The notes under the pieces: generated by a model | Told to the model about the DNA's origin: nothing | The model's input: only the letters and a program-made list of their open reading frames with translations | The model's database searches: none | Part shown: positions 49,660 to 62,773 of the stretch, one piece after another | How positions within the stretch are numbered: the first letter of the stretch is position 1 | How the letters are laid out: each line of letters opens with the position of its first letter | NCBI GenBank assembly: GCA_010356995.1 | Contig: ML996698.1 | Coordinates: 865,923 to 929,922, forward strand | DNA: 64,000 bases | Direction of reading: 5' to 3' | From: Trichodelitschia bisporula | Taxonomy: Eukaryota | Translations under genes and position numbers: made by a program

Positions 49660-50559
49660 TTCTAGTTCTAGAGGGGAGTGGATGAAGGTTAATAAAAGCG
49701 AGCACCATATTTTCGCGCATTGCTCAACTACTCGACTGGTTGGTGTTACACGCCTACTCACTGGGAAGCCCACCAGTAGGCAAGCCAGCTCAGCCGATAT
49801 AAAGACAACTCCTGGTGGCAATATGCTGCTACTCTCACGGTTGCAGATGACCTGGTTATGGAAAGCGCATTCTTACGTAAGCCAAGGACACGACGCAATG
49901 CGAGTATGATAGAAAGGAAGGAGTAAATGAGAATACTAGACATCGTGTATTAAATTCTCGAAGTCTCTGACTCTTCCTTTCCTCGTCTTTCATCAAATCT
50001 TCACCATTTCCATCTTGTTTCCACGTTCCCGTGAGCCCTGCAGTATATCCGCGGACATGTCCGTTCCACGATGATTTATCACGAGCCGGGCATGTGAGGG
50101 GCGGCAATCGTCATGAAGCCAGCATGGCGCGCCCGTCCATGTTGTAAGAACATTATTGTCTTACAAATCTTCCGACCCGTTTCAACAAACGCCTTCCCCT
50201 AAAGAACGACCAGTCGGGCAAGCCCGCTAAGCCAAAGAGAGAACCAAATCCTCGAAATGATATGTTGCCGTCCTTACCAAAACGTCAAAGCAATCCAGCA
50301 GAAAAGCCGACTGTAACCCTACGGTAAACAACATCCAATGGGAACCTCCTTCAACCTCCCCACACGGCAGACCCCAAATTCCACCTCCCCAGATGGCCGT
50401 CTGGGGTGAGACTCTTAGGCGACCGGTGTGGTCATGATTTCTTCGAAGAGCCCTCAGACACGAAAACCAGATCCAATACACCCCACCTCATCCAGCCGCC
50501 GCTCAAGAAGGTGATGCAGACAAGGCATTCGAATCCTTTGCAGGAAGAATCCCACTTAC

Positions 50560-51200
50560 TCCTCATTCTCTGTCTCATTTTTCCTAAACTGGAATTTTTT
50601 AGCATACTCCGCAGGTGTGATGCTGATGTTTTTATCAGAAGAACGCTACAACGGCGAGGGAAGGGGAGTTCTCACCGTGGCAGGAGGGCCATTTTCGACA
50701 GCTCCTGCACAACATCTCTCAAGGGTTCTTCCGCAGCGATGCGGGCTATTTCCGTCTCGAGGGCATCGAGGGCTTCTTGGATGCTGCCCAGGGCGGTATT
50801 GGACGTGCTGATCGCCCTCTGGAGGTTGTCCGGCGAGGTCCTGAAAATGAGTAAGACCTGAAGGGCAGTGACAGGGGAAAACCTACGCAGATGGAAGGGC
50901 ACGAATATCACTCAAGGCCGTTAGGAGCGACAAAGTTCCGCGGTGGAACTGTCCTAGGATGCGGTGGATTTTGGCGGTGGCCTGGTAGCTGAGTTGCTGG
51001 GACAGGACGCTGGCATGGAGGTTTTGGCTGAAGCTGCTTAGGAGTTTGTGGTCGTAGAACTGGAATTCGTTGAGGATGCGCTGGAGGGGTTCTTTGGCCT
51101 CCTGGGGGAGTGCATCCCCGATTAGAAGGACGAAGCCAAAATCGGTATAGCAGCCGCTTGTGCGGAAGCACTCGTGGAGGCGCTCGTTCAGTGATACCAT
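50560..51200 (-). CDS. Hypothetical multi-exon orphan protein (coiled-coil-like segment)
   Basis: Successive minus-strand ORFs 50883..51200 and 50672..50911 with coding-like composition, separated by intron-like sequence. 3' end not resolved. Confidence 0.35.
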
Positions 51201-51233
51201 TGTATCGAGATGTTTGGGAGTGTTGAGTGCGAG

Positions 51234-51324
51234 GATGGGAGACCTGAAGATGAGAGACCTGAAGATGAGTGACTTGAAAATGAGAGACCTGGGAATGAGA
51301 GACTCTGGAGATCAGAGACCTGGG
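51234..51324. repeat. 15-bp minisatellite, about 6 degenerate copies
   Basis: gatgggagacctgaa gatgagagacctgaa gatgagtgacttgaa aatgagagacctggg aatgagagactctgga gatcagagacctggg. Confidence 0.9.
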
Positions 51325-53414
51325 GAGCTGAACCATGATTAGGTTGTGAAAGCGTGGAATCGATATCACTCTGGGTCATGATTTAGGCCGGACCCAAGAT
51401 ACCTCAGAGCTTACCAATGGCACCAGACTCGGGCTTCGGGGTTCCGTAGCTTGAGGAGGGTTTAAAGTCGTCCCTCCGACCACCGTTCAGCTTTCGTCGT
51501 AATGATGAGTTCTGGGGGGATACTAACGACGAACGATATTCAGATGCTGACGAAATTTCGTCAGTTGGACCGGGTCGAGGAAGCATCACATACCCACTCC
51601 AAACGTCTCAGATGTACCTTCTCTTCGTGTTCAGCAAAGCAGAAGGCGGCAAGTTCCTGCATGGTGGCAACGAAGGGGAGGTACAACTCCGACATTTTTG
51701 GAGCAGGTAAGTGCTGTTTACCCGGCCTGGTCCAACGGTCCACTCTGACTGAGTCTCCTAGATCGCCAGTTTTTACGATTGCCTCACGCACATGTCAGCG
51801 GCCTGACATCCTTTCCTAGACCGCTTCAATCAAAGAACAGAACTCGACACGCGTGGCTAGCCTGTGCCCACTCAGCTTTGGGGAATCAGGCCATCTATAC
51901 GCGGTCGCTGAACGGAGTGATGAGCAGTGAAAACCTGGTGACCAGAATATTGGCTCCCAAACTTCGAGGCCATTCCCTAAGGTCACTCCCACAGACGGGT
52001 TAGGGGTGGGTTAGGGCGATACCGTCAACATTCCTACTGTGGCGGATACCGATCGGCTCTAGTGGAATTTCACTGATGAAATTTAGATGGTATCGACTGT
52101 ATTCCTTGATCTGAACTGGCTTTGCTTGACCCAGATCGTGGAGATGCTCCCGGCCTCAAATCGGCTGCCGTTAGCGGACACCGCCATAAGTTTACGCCGA
52201 AAGGCCCTCCGGACCACCGAAGACGTCCAGTCTCGCGTGTTCTTCTACATTATACTTCTGGTACAGATCTCCCTTCTCCATGCAGTCGACCTTGCGACTA
52301 TGAATCGGGAAGAAGCGAAGAACACTCGTCAGGCGAGATGTTCGATGTCAACAGTCGGTATCTAAGGAACTTCGATTTTTGAACTGATTAGATAGTCCTA
52401 CTGAGCTAGTGCCGGTTTATGGCAACATGTTGAAGCTCAGATGTCAAGCGTTCCACTTGCTTGATGTTGTTACATTTGGCTGTGAAGAGTTGCCGACCGG
52501 GCCGACGTTGGGACAGGCGGACCGGAATAACCCCGACCCGTCTGGAGAACGACACCACCAACAAGGAGAGGAAAAACCGTGATAGCTTCCATCGGTCGAT
52601 CTTGTACAGCCGAGCCATCATGACTGACATTCGTGCAAATTATCTACTGCATCTCCCTCCAGTGGCCTCGGTGTTTTGACACGGACCGAGGGAGATTCCG
52701 GAAGGTCGTGACGCCGCAGCCCCTACGAGTAAGGTAAATGGCGTTTCAGCGAACGTCGCACCATCCCGGGCGTCGCTCAAACGCCCTCCCACGAGGAAAC
52801 ACATCGCGACAATTTCGCTATTCAGCCCTGTATCTAACATCCCAACATCATCTTGACAGCTGACCTTATCTCGTCTGAACAGCCGGTGACGATCTGATGC
52901 TCATACCCAACAACCTCCCCATCTTCGCCCCGTCTGCATCTCAGCAAACCCGAAACTCCAAGATCCCACCTGGAACATAGCTGCCCTCCCCGTCCTGATG
53001 CCACCTTTCAAGAAGCCCACGATCGCGAACATGGGCCCTGGCGCCCACGGCTCGCCCAGTGTATCCGACTCGTTTTACCGCAGTCTCACGCCCACTCTGC
53101 CCCCCGCCCCGCGCTCCACCTGACAGTCCATCCGTGCCTGCGACCAACGTGAATCACTCCGCGCGCACACACCATGATCTCTTCCGTCGCGACACTTGCA
53201 GGCCAGAGCTTCCCAACGGTATGTCCTAGCAACATCTAGTGTGCTCGTGGCCGTTTGGTTTCGCGCGGCCTATCCTGTCTCGCCCAAGCGCTTGTACCTG
53301 CATCCCGGATTCGGGGCTAGCCGAGTCGAGCACAATGCTTCGCGTTTCAATGGTTTTATAAGAGTGCGGTGTGCGCGTGGTGTTGGCGACCGGTTGCGCG
53401 CTTTTCCTTTCAAG

Positions 53415-54708
53415 ATGCGATCGTCGGTTTTGAGCGTGCTTTTTGCGGCGGCTGGTTCCGCGTGGGCGCAGACGCCGGACGGGATATTTCCGCAGGTGCC
53501 GAGTGGGCTTACGGTGCAGTTTGGGGAAACGATTGTGCTTGCGGGGGAGACGATACCGATTGATGGTATGGCGCTTTTTTGCTTCTAGATTGATCTGACA
53601 ATTGCAGTGGCGCAGAAGCAGCCAACGATCGGCCTCCCGGCAGTGTTGCCGGGCGATAATGAAGGCAAGAAGTTTGTGCTGGTTATGGTTGGTGAGTAGA
53701 CGCGCCCGAGTTCCTTACCAAGCTGACGTGAAAGATCTCGATGCGAATGGACCCAGCAACACGCGCCGCAAGCGCCAGAATAATGAACAGCAGCCAGACG
53801 ACCCGCAGCATAAAAGCGGACAGTCTACCTACCTACACTACCTGGCTGCAAACCTGACTCTCACCGGCCCATCTTTCAATGGCTCCACCCGCCTCGACTC
53901 GACCGGCGACCCGCTGGCACCGTACGTCGCGCCCAAGCCCATCACTGGCGGCTCCCACCGATACATGTCACTCGTATTCGCGCAACCAGATACCTTTACC
54001 GTCCCCGATGCCACGAGCGCAGCCATCAAATCCCGCGCAGCATTCGACCTGCGTAAATTCCTCACCGACACCGGCCTACAGCTGCCGCTCTGGGGCAACA
54101 ACTTCATCGTCGTCAGCAGCACGCCCAGCTCCTCCGCCTCCACAAAGGCCTCCATCACCGGCGGGAGCACCCGCACGTCGCTAGTGACAGACCACAGCAC
54201 CACGACCTTCCCCGACGGTGTAGAAGCTACGTACCTCATCACACGCACAACCACCGAAATCGTCCCTACCAACGCTGCCGCCGCCGGCTCGCGCTCCAGC
54301 TTCGACGCCAAGACTTTCCCCGCGGGGATCATCTTTACCACCGGCATCAGCGGTCTAGTCACGCAGACCACCGTCAGCCGGAGTACGTACACCACCACAC
54401 TCACTGGCGCCGACGGCGTAAGCTCTTTCGTCACGACCGGGACGGCGACGCTGGTGGTTACGTTGACCGGGGTGCCGGCGGTCGAGCGCAGTACGCTGAG
54501 CACGAGCGGTGTATTTACTAGCACCGGTGTATCGATCGGCGCGGATGGGAAGCCGACAACGTTTACGAGTACGTTTACCAGTGCGGGCGTGACGACGGTT
54601 ACCAGGCCGGCGTTTGCGACGACGGCGGCGGCGGCGGGGCGGGTTGGCGATGGGGTAGGGGAGAGGGCTGGGATGGCGGTTTTGGGGGCGTTGTTGGTTT
54701 GGTTCTAA
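53415..54708 (+). CDS. Secreted PEBP-domain protein with Ser/Thr-rich stalk and probable GPI signal
   Basis: Signal peptide MRSSVLSVLFAAAGSAWA; PEBP motifs 'FVLVMVDLD', 'YLHYL', 'YVAPKP..GSHRY.SLVFAQP'; hydrophobic C-terminus. Introns 53566-53607 and about 53692-53734. Confidence 0.88.
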
Positions 54709-55264
54709 TGTATTATTATGGGTTTGGAGGGGGGATTTGGAGTTGGGATGATACCTCGTGTGGGCGAATTATGGATGGCTTATGTTTGGTTTCGTTGGGA
54801 TTGTGGTTGTGTACGTCAGCGAAAGCTTGGTAGGAATGACTGTGCCGAGGGGACGTGTGTCTGGTGTCAGGCCACTCATATTCGGATGCCGCCTCATGCC
54901 CATGTGTAGACGATGAGACAGTGTCTTTGATCGAATTGATTGTCACACATTTCTCTATATCAGGCAGGGAGCTTGAACAGTGCTAGCTAAAGAGCATGGT
55001 GATTCGATGTTAGTATATATAGCGGTCCCACCACGCTCCAGCGTCAGGAATCATCACACATCAGTCAAGCTTTCTGAACCCGTGGGACGCGTCACCGAGC
55101 TTACGATGATACCAATAAGGCTTGCAGCATTCCTTGAGTGCCAGTGCTTTTCTTTGCTGCCCTACATGTCGGTCCCGAACGCACTCACCGCCAGGAACTG
55201 ATATATAAATCAGCTGGCACCCATCGGGCAGCAGATAACACCTTAGCAAAATATTTAGAACCAA

Positions 55265-56249
55265 ATGGGCCGTTTCTCCAAACTGCTGGCAGCTCTTTCA
55301 ATCGTTTTCGAGAGTCTGGCGTGCATCCTTTTGATTTTGGCGATCTGCGTTTAGCTCGTGGCTCCGGCTTTTCTCAACAGCATATTGCTAGACACCAGAG
55401 GTAGACACCAGAGGTAGCGTGCTTTACATTCCTCCTTTGGCGATATCTCACGTTGCGTAGCACCGTTCTCCCGTCATTCCACCCGTTGCGGATCACTCCT
55501 CATGTCCGATCTTCCTCCCTAGAGCGAATTCTAGCCTTACTGGCCAGACCACACCTAGAGGTGGCATCCCAGACCTCCAAGGAGCTCGTTCTCACTGAGG
55601 AACAGCGATCCGTCCGCGATTGGGCAATTGCCACCCTCGAAGAGGGCAACCGGCGTCTGGATTTGAATGTAGCGCCTCCGAGGGTGCGCGTAGGTATGGG
55701 GACGGCCGAAAAGGAAGAAGAACTGAGGTGCCTGGAGAGTGAGTTCTCAAGGTACCCTAACAGCTGACATAAGATGCCTTGCAGACGTCAAAGCCGAGTT
55801 GAAGAAGGCAAATGACGCTTTTTCCAGATACTTCAGTTGGTTGGAAGAAGGCGGCGATGAGCAGTATATTCCCCACTCCTTCCCCCGGCAGGGGGATCTC
55901 TGGTCCGAGACGAGGACCGTCTTCCTAGAGCTGGAAATGGGGGGCCACTCCGGCATCCAGGAGGCCTTCGAGAGGGTGTACTGTATCGGCTTCGTGGATG
56001 CGCAAAGGGTGGTCCTGGCCTTTTCATACCCGTTTTGTGGGTGAGGTAGATTACCTGGTCACTTGCAGGATGGAGGTCCTGGGGCAGAATTCCTGGGTGG
56101 ACGTCATCTGTCAACAGAGGCTGGCGGCTTATGTCCAGAAGTACCTGAACACGCTGGAGGCCGAGAGGGCCCATGTGTTCCGCTGGGAATCGGGCACTCT
56201 GTTCTGCCATATGGACAAGCTTGTGAGGGAAGTCCTACCCGCAACGTAG
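55265..56249 (+). pseudogene. Possible degraded orphan gene
   Basis: TATATAAA at about 55202 and ATG at 55265 with a short hydrophobic ORF ending in an early TAG. A 13-bp tandem duplication lies at about 55389-55414, followed by several coding-like ORF pieces in different frames. Confidence 0.3.
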
Positions 56250-56754
56250 TACGAGTGCAGCGACGTCCTTGACTATAGCGCCGATGTTTTCCAGCCGGGG
56301 GGTACTCGTGGGCGTGCGGAAGGTTTGGGAGTTTCTACCTTAAGTGTTGTAATTATTACTGCTCACGATCCAATAGTTCTCACATTGGCTCAAGAAGGTC
56401 TGAATATCAACCTAATCAAGCTCATCCCCATCCCGCTAGCCGTCGATAAGCTCTCCTCCCCTGCCCAGCCCACATGCAGCCTTGCCCCCTCGCCAGCCAA
56501 TCACCCCCGCTCCCACCCTCCGGACTAATAACCACCACACCTTTCCACCATACAACCTCGACCCCGGCACGAGCCTTGCCGTACCCTAATCGCGCACCCA
56601 CCGCCCGCGCGGGACCACTGCGGGGTCCTGCGTCTCCCTTGCGAGGTCGCGGTCCTTGGTCGTACCGTTCTACAGTGCGTACAAAGGAGATCTGAGTCCC
56701 ACCGTCGCGGCCCACAGCTTCTCCCCCCGCTGTCTCCTCCCCCGCCTAACGAAC

Positions 56755-58381
56755 ATGGCCATCGACCTCCCCCTCCCGCTCCCCGCGCTCCTCGCCCTCG
56801 CCTTCGGATTCTACGTCCTCACCCGGCGCATCGCGGCCTACTCCCGGCTCTCACACATCCCCGGCCCCCGCTGGCACGCCTGGTCCCGCCTGCCGCTGGC
56901 ATGGACGTACCTCTCCCCCACCCAGCATCTCGAAATCTACGGCCTGCACCGCAAATACGGGCCCCTAGTGCGTCTCGGGCCGAACATGGTTCTCTGCAGC
57001 GACGCGCGGGTCTCAGCAATGATGAACGCGCCGGGCTCGAAATACATCCGGAGTGACTGGTTCAGCACGTTTAAGCTCAAGCCGCGGTGTGATAATATAT
57101 TTAGTGTGCGGGATGAGAAGAAGCATAGCGATTTGAGGCGGAAGATGGGGTTGGGGTATGCGGGGAAGGAAGTTCCGGGATTGGAGGGGAGGATTGATGT
57201 GCATGTGCAGAACTGGGTGGAGATGGTGAGGAGGAAGTATGTTGTGGGGAAGGAAGGGGTGCGGCCGGCGATGGATCTGGCGCAGCAGGCGCAGTTTTTT
57301 ACGCTGGATGTTATTTCGGACCTGGCGTTTAATGCGCCGTTTGGGGATATTCCCGCGGAGGAGGATAAGTTTGCGTATGTGAAGGTTAGTCAGGAGGCGA
57401 TGAGCAGCATTAATATGCTGGGGATCTTTCCGCATGTGTATCGCTGGATTGAGCAGAGTCGGTTGATTGATTTGATTGCGCCGAGTTCGAAGGATAAGAC
57501 GGGTATGGGGCCGATTGTGGGGATTGCGAAGGAGCAGGTGGCGAAGAGGTTTGAGAATCCGGAGTTGCGAAATGAGATGGATATGCTCGGGTCTTTTCTT
57601 CGCCATGGGTTGAGCCAGGAGGAGGCGGAGTCGGAGACGGTGCTGCAGATGTGGGTCCCTCCCCCCCCCCCCCCCAATATCCCCTCGCGTTCGGGGCTGA
57701 TAAAGCAGACTGGCGGGCTCAGACACCGCCGCCACGGCCATCCGCACCATCTTCCTGTATCTCCTGACTAACCCGCGCATCCTGAACACACTCCGCGCAG
57801 AAATCGATAATGCGGTCAGGGAGGGCAAGTGCTCGGCCCCCGTTACGGATGTCGAGGCTCGTGCGATGCCGTACCTGCAGGGCGTGATTAAGGAGGGGCT
57901 GAGGCTACATCCGCCCGTCGTGGGACTCGCGCTTAAGATCGTGCCGCCGGGGGGGGATACCGTGTGCGGGAAGTTTTTGCCGGGGGGGACGAAGCTTGGG
58001 TGGGTTTGCCTCTCTGAGGAAGTGTGGGCGCCGCTAATGGGGTACTTTAGGCCGTGCTGGTGGGCCTTCGGCCGCAACGAAGAGGTCTTCGGGCCGGACA
58101 TCGAGGTGTTCCGCCCGGAGCGGTGGATCGAGGCGGCTGCGGCTGGGGACCCGGAGAAACTAACCCTCATGGAGCGAGCAGTGGATTCGATTTTCAGTTC
58201 TGGCCGGTTTAAGTGTCTGGGCATCACGGTGGCGCTGGTAGAGCTGAATAAGGTGTTTGTGGAGATGGTGAGGCGGTTTGAGATGGAGGTTGTGGATCCA
58301 TTGAGGCCAATGGAGTCGATTTGTAATAGTGTGTTTTTGCAGCATAAGTTTTGGGTGAGGGTTATGGAGAGGGAGATGTAG
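56755..58381 (+). CDS. Cytochrome P450 monooxygenase (pisatin demethylase-like)
   Basis: N-terminal TM, 'HRKYGPLVRLGPN', I-helix 'LAGSDTAAT' across intron 57651-57708, EGLR, PERW, heme motif FSSGRFKCLG. Second intron about 58000-58051. Confidence 0.95.
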
Positions 58382-59750
58382 GGGGTTCGTTTGGGTGAGG
58401 GTTTCTTGGGCCGTGAGAGCAATGATGTTGCGTCCGGTTTTGGTATGCTGATTTCGGATGCAGTTTAGATTGCTAGTACCGATAGGATGGACGTCATGAG
58501 ATGCCCGCGTGGAAGCATCCCAATCACCAGCGATCCGATGCCTATGCTGTGACCGGGTTCCGATGGAAGGTGTTGCCGGTTGATGTCTTCGGTATGCCGA
58601 CATCCCCGACTGCGAACTCGCTCCGCCCACCCTCGGTGGGCTTCCATCGCGACTTCGTTTTCAAGGCCTTGGCTCATGTCACATCTTCTACCCATAAAAG
58701 GGCGACAGACAACGCTGTTTTTCCATCTCAGCTTCCTCCTACCTCACCTCACCATCACTTCGACAATCTCACGCTCTCAACACCCCCACACTTCATTCAA
58801 GGCAGTGATGCCGAATCCGCACAGAAACTTGCCGATGCCGGCCTCCTGGCTTAGAACAATGGAAGAGCGAGTATTTTGACCTGGTCCGGCTTCGTTCATC
58901 CGCGATCAGCCGGAAGCGGGGCCAATGGGCCCGGAATAATACCAGTGCCTGGCCGCACACGGTATAAAAAATCCGAATCGTAAGCTCTGTTCGAGGGCCA
59001 GCGTTTTCTTCTCTTCCTCCTCGAGCCATAACTTGCCTGCCCACCATATCTTTCATTACCAGACACAAGAACGGAGGAGAATAAAGTCGCTCTTATTCTA
59101 AGACATTAGACACTCCGAGGCTTCCAGACATTGCTGATGCGATCCTTGACCTTTCCCGAACTTGTCTGGCAGATAAAATGGGACAGATCTAGGGCCGCCT
59201 TTGCAACATCTGAGAGCCTCCGAATGCCTCATTGCATGGAACAAGAGTGGTCTTATCACTTCCGTTCTTGCGCCTCGTAGACTCTTTACCTTCAATTCGG
59301 ACCGCTATTTAGTATACTACAGTAGACCAGAAAGGCTTGGACATATCGTTGTCTGAAGGTAGATCGGGAATTCTGGAGACTGACGGATTTCGGACAGCAG
59401 GCAGACATTTGTACAGTCTTAGCGTACGCCGTCGGAGTGATGATGGACACGGGCAAATCAACGGTGCTGACGCTCTCCTCTTCGTCATCTTGGGCTCGAG
59501 CAGAAATACAAATTCAACTGCGTACCTTGCTTGATGGAATTTGCTGTGACTTGCCCCTAGACAAATTGGCCCGAGGCTGAATGAGGCCGCCTCTTACGTT
59601 CATAGGGCCTTCGCATTACGGTATGTGGAGCGCAGAGGCTCAGATTTCATCAGTACATACGAATGCAAGAGGACAGTGCACCCACATTCATCCAACCTCT
59701 ACCCAAAAAACACCTCCATTGTCTACTGTAGTACTTTCCATATTCTATAC

Positions 59751-61361
59751 CTAAGCGGGAGCCTTATACCCAACCTCCCCCAACGCCTCCCCCAACGCCT
59801 TGACCGCCTTATCGGCATCCCCCCTCTTAGGATCAGTAACACTGACCCCCATATGCCCAATCCGAATATACCTCGTAGCACACTCCCTATGCAACCCCCC
59901 CGCAAACACCACCCCCCTAGCCAGAATCTTCGGCAAAACATCCGGCGGCGCAATCCCCTCCGGCAACCAAATAGCAGTCATCCCATTCGCCTGGTCCTCC
60001 TCCCTGGCCGCAAGCTGCTTCAACCCGAGTGCCGCAACCGCTTGCTTGATTTTCTTACTCGCGGCAGCGTGGACGGCGAAGCGCTCCTCGAGTGGCTTGG
60101 ACAGGATTTGGGTTAGAGAAACGTGCAAAGCCCGCACGAGCTGCGGCGACGGCGTCGCGAAGTACATCGGCTTCTTCGCCTCGTACGCGCGCATGATCGG
60201 GAGCCAATTGGCCCAGCTCGCGAAGTAGGCCGCGGGCGGACTCGTGCGGTTCTCGAAAGCCGCAATAGCACGACCCGAGGTCATGAGGATGGACAGGCCC
60301 GCGGGACATCCGATTGCTTTTTGGCTCGCGGTGAGCACGACGTCCAGGCCCCAGGCGTCGAAGGCGATGGGCTCGCACCCTGCGCTGCAGACGGCGTCGA
60401 CGACGATGAGGGTCTGCGGGGAGACGCGGTGGACTAGGTCTGCGATTGCCTTCACGTCGGAGAGGACGCCGGTGGAGGTGTCGACGTGGGTTATGGTGAT
60501 TATTTTATATGGCTTCTCTGTAAGCGCGGCCTCGATTTCGGAGAGAGAGGGGCGGGAGCCGATGGGGGCTTTGAGTTGGGTGGGCACGGCGCCGTAGGCG
60601 GACAGGCAGTCGGCGAAGGAGTCGGCGAAGTAACCTGTGTGGAGCACGAGGATTTGGTCGCCGGGCTGGGTGAGGTTGGCGGCGACTTGGTCCCACCCCA
60701 AAGTGCCGGAGCCGGAGATGACGAAGGGCTGGGCGGTGGGGTCGGTGGATTGGAAGAGCGACCGGAGTTGCGTGAGCGTGTCGCCGAAGACGGTGACGAA
60801 GGGGGCGCCGACGTGGGATTCACTTTTGCGGTGTTAGTGGGGTTGGGAGGGTGGGAGGGGGGGGGGGGGGGGAAAGTACCCGAAGTGACTCATGGCGGAG
60901 AGGACGGCATCGTCGAATTCGATGGGGCCTGGGATGAGGAGGGTGGGGTGTTCGGCTTGAGCGGACATCTTGGGCTGCGGGGTTTGCGTTGGTTTGGTGA
61001 CGGCGGGGGAGGGAGGGACGGCTTCAGTAGAAGCAGTCGCCGTAGTAGCAGAGTCGTGAACAACCGTATCCTTGCCCTCAAACGCACGAATCTTCGCCTC
61101 AATATCTGGCGACAAGCGCAGCTGCTTGAGCAAATCCTTTTCGTCTAGTTCTTTCTCCCCGCGATCGACCTCCGGTTTCGGACGCTGGCGGCGGAAATGC
61201 GGAGTGTGGGTCTGCGCTGTGACAATCTGGACGTCGTCGGAGGGCGATGAGGAGCGCTCGGTGCTAAACGGCGTGTTGAGTTCGATGACGGGTGCGGCGT
61301 CCTTTTGCTCGCTGAGGTGTCGTGAGAAAAGACGCAGGCGGGGTAGGGCGCGGGATGCCAT
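59751..61361 (-). CDS. AGX1: Alanine--glyoxylate aminotransferase (class V PLP enzyme) with N-terminal extension
   Basis: 'LLIPGPIE', 'SGSGTLGWD', 'THVDTSTGV', 'VDAVCS', 'ASQKAIGCPAG', 'YFATP', 'YIRIGHMG'. Intron 60879-60823; second in-frame ATG at 60968. Confidence 0.93.
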
Positions 61362-61986
61362 GCCGGCGGCGGCCGAGGATGACGGTCGGGTCGGCGGGAT
61401 GCGGCGGGCCAGGGTGACGAGGATCCGGGGGGCTTGCAGGGTGTCGGTTTTCGTGTGTTTTGGCGACGGGTTGCGCGAGGGATGTTTGGGCGGTTGGTGA
61501 GGGTTTGCTGTTAAAGACGAGATGGATGAGTCTTTAAGGAACTCTTTTGTCGGTGGAGGGTTGTTGGGGGGCTTACGGCCTGCTTTCTAAGGAATTGTGG
61601 ATTCGGGAAGGGGACGCGGCACGGGTGAGAGGACGAGACGCGAAAGTTTGCAGAGGAGGCGAGATATGAAGAGCGCGATATGTCCAACGGTGAGCGAGAC
61701 AAGAAGCGATGACCACGGCCAAAACGAACGGCACAGTTTAAGAGATCGAGAGAACGAAAGACGCGACGAAACGCGAAAAACACTCTCAGCTTCGAGCCTC
61801 GCTGCCTCATCCCCCCCCCCTGAGCGCTTATCCTAATCGAGACAGCACGCGCACAGCCACCACCTCCACCCGGTACTACGTTATCCCGCCCCGTGCATCC
61901 CGCATCCTCACCTCCCCATGAGGCTGTCACCAGCCAGCGCATAGCAAGCTCACCACCGCCCAGTCCTCCCCGAAGCCTACCTAGCC

Positions 61987-62773
61987 ATGTCGTCCCGCCT
62001 CGTCCTCTGCCTGGGCGACCTCTTCATCCCCGACCGCGCCGCGGTAAGCCGTCCACCCGCCTCGGACCCCCGCCCTCCATAAGCACAAGCTCACACGCGC
62101 AGGACATCCCGCAAAAGGTACGCCCCGCCTTCCACCTCCTACCTGTCACCTAGCCTACCCTCCTAACCCGTCCGCCCTATAGTTCCGCAAACTCCTCTCC
62201 CCCGGCAAAATCTCCCAAATCCTCTGCCTGGGGAACCTAACCGACAAACCAACCCACACCTTCCTGCGCTCCCTCGCCCCAGACCTGCAACTCGTCAAAG
62301 GCTCCTTCGACACCGACTCCTCCCTCGCGCTCTCCCGCGTCGTGACCCACGGATCGCTCCGTATCGGGTTCACGCACGGCCATACCATAATCCCCCCAGG
62401 AGACCAAGATTCCCTCCTGATCGCGGCAAGGCAGATGGATGTAGATGTGCTGCTTTGGGGCGGCACGCATAGATTTGAGGCGTATGAGCTCGAGGGGAAG
62501 TTTTTTGTTAATCCGGGGAGTGCGACGGGGGCGACGGCTACGGGGTGGTGGCCGGAGGGAGAGGATCCGGTGCCGAGCTTTGTGCTTATGGACGTGAGTT
62601 TATGAGTGTTTTGTTATCAGTGTTTGGCTATGGGTTTGGGGGAAGAGGCTGACACGCGCTAGGTCCAGGGCGATGTGCTGGTGCTGTATGTGTACCAGCT
62701 GAGGAAGGATGCGAATGGGGTGGAGAATGTGGGGGTGGAGAAGGTTAGCTTCCGCAAGGGGGGGGTGCAGTGA
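61987..62773 (+). CDS. VPS29: Retromer subunit Vps29
   Basis: MSSRLVLCLGDLFIPDRA, 'KLLSPGKISQILCLGNL', 'GFTHGH', 'LWGGTHRFEAYE', 'NPGSATGA'. Introns about 62044-62103, 62118-62182, 62594-62662. Confidence 0.96.

Noticed and set aside
51998..52016. Two TTAGGG telomere-like hexamers
   Set aside because: Only two non-contiguous units; not an interstitial telomere array.
56755..61361. P450 plus aminotransferase as a secondary-metabolite cluster
   Set aside because: AGX1 and VPS29 are primary-function genes; no backbone enzyme or cluster regulator is nearby.
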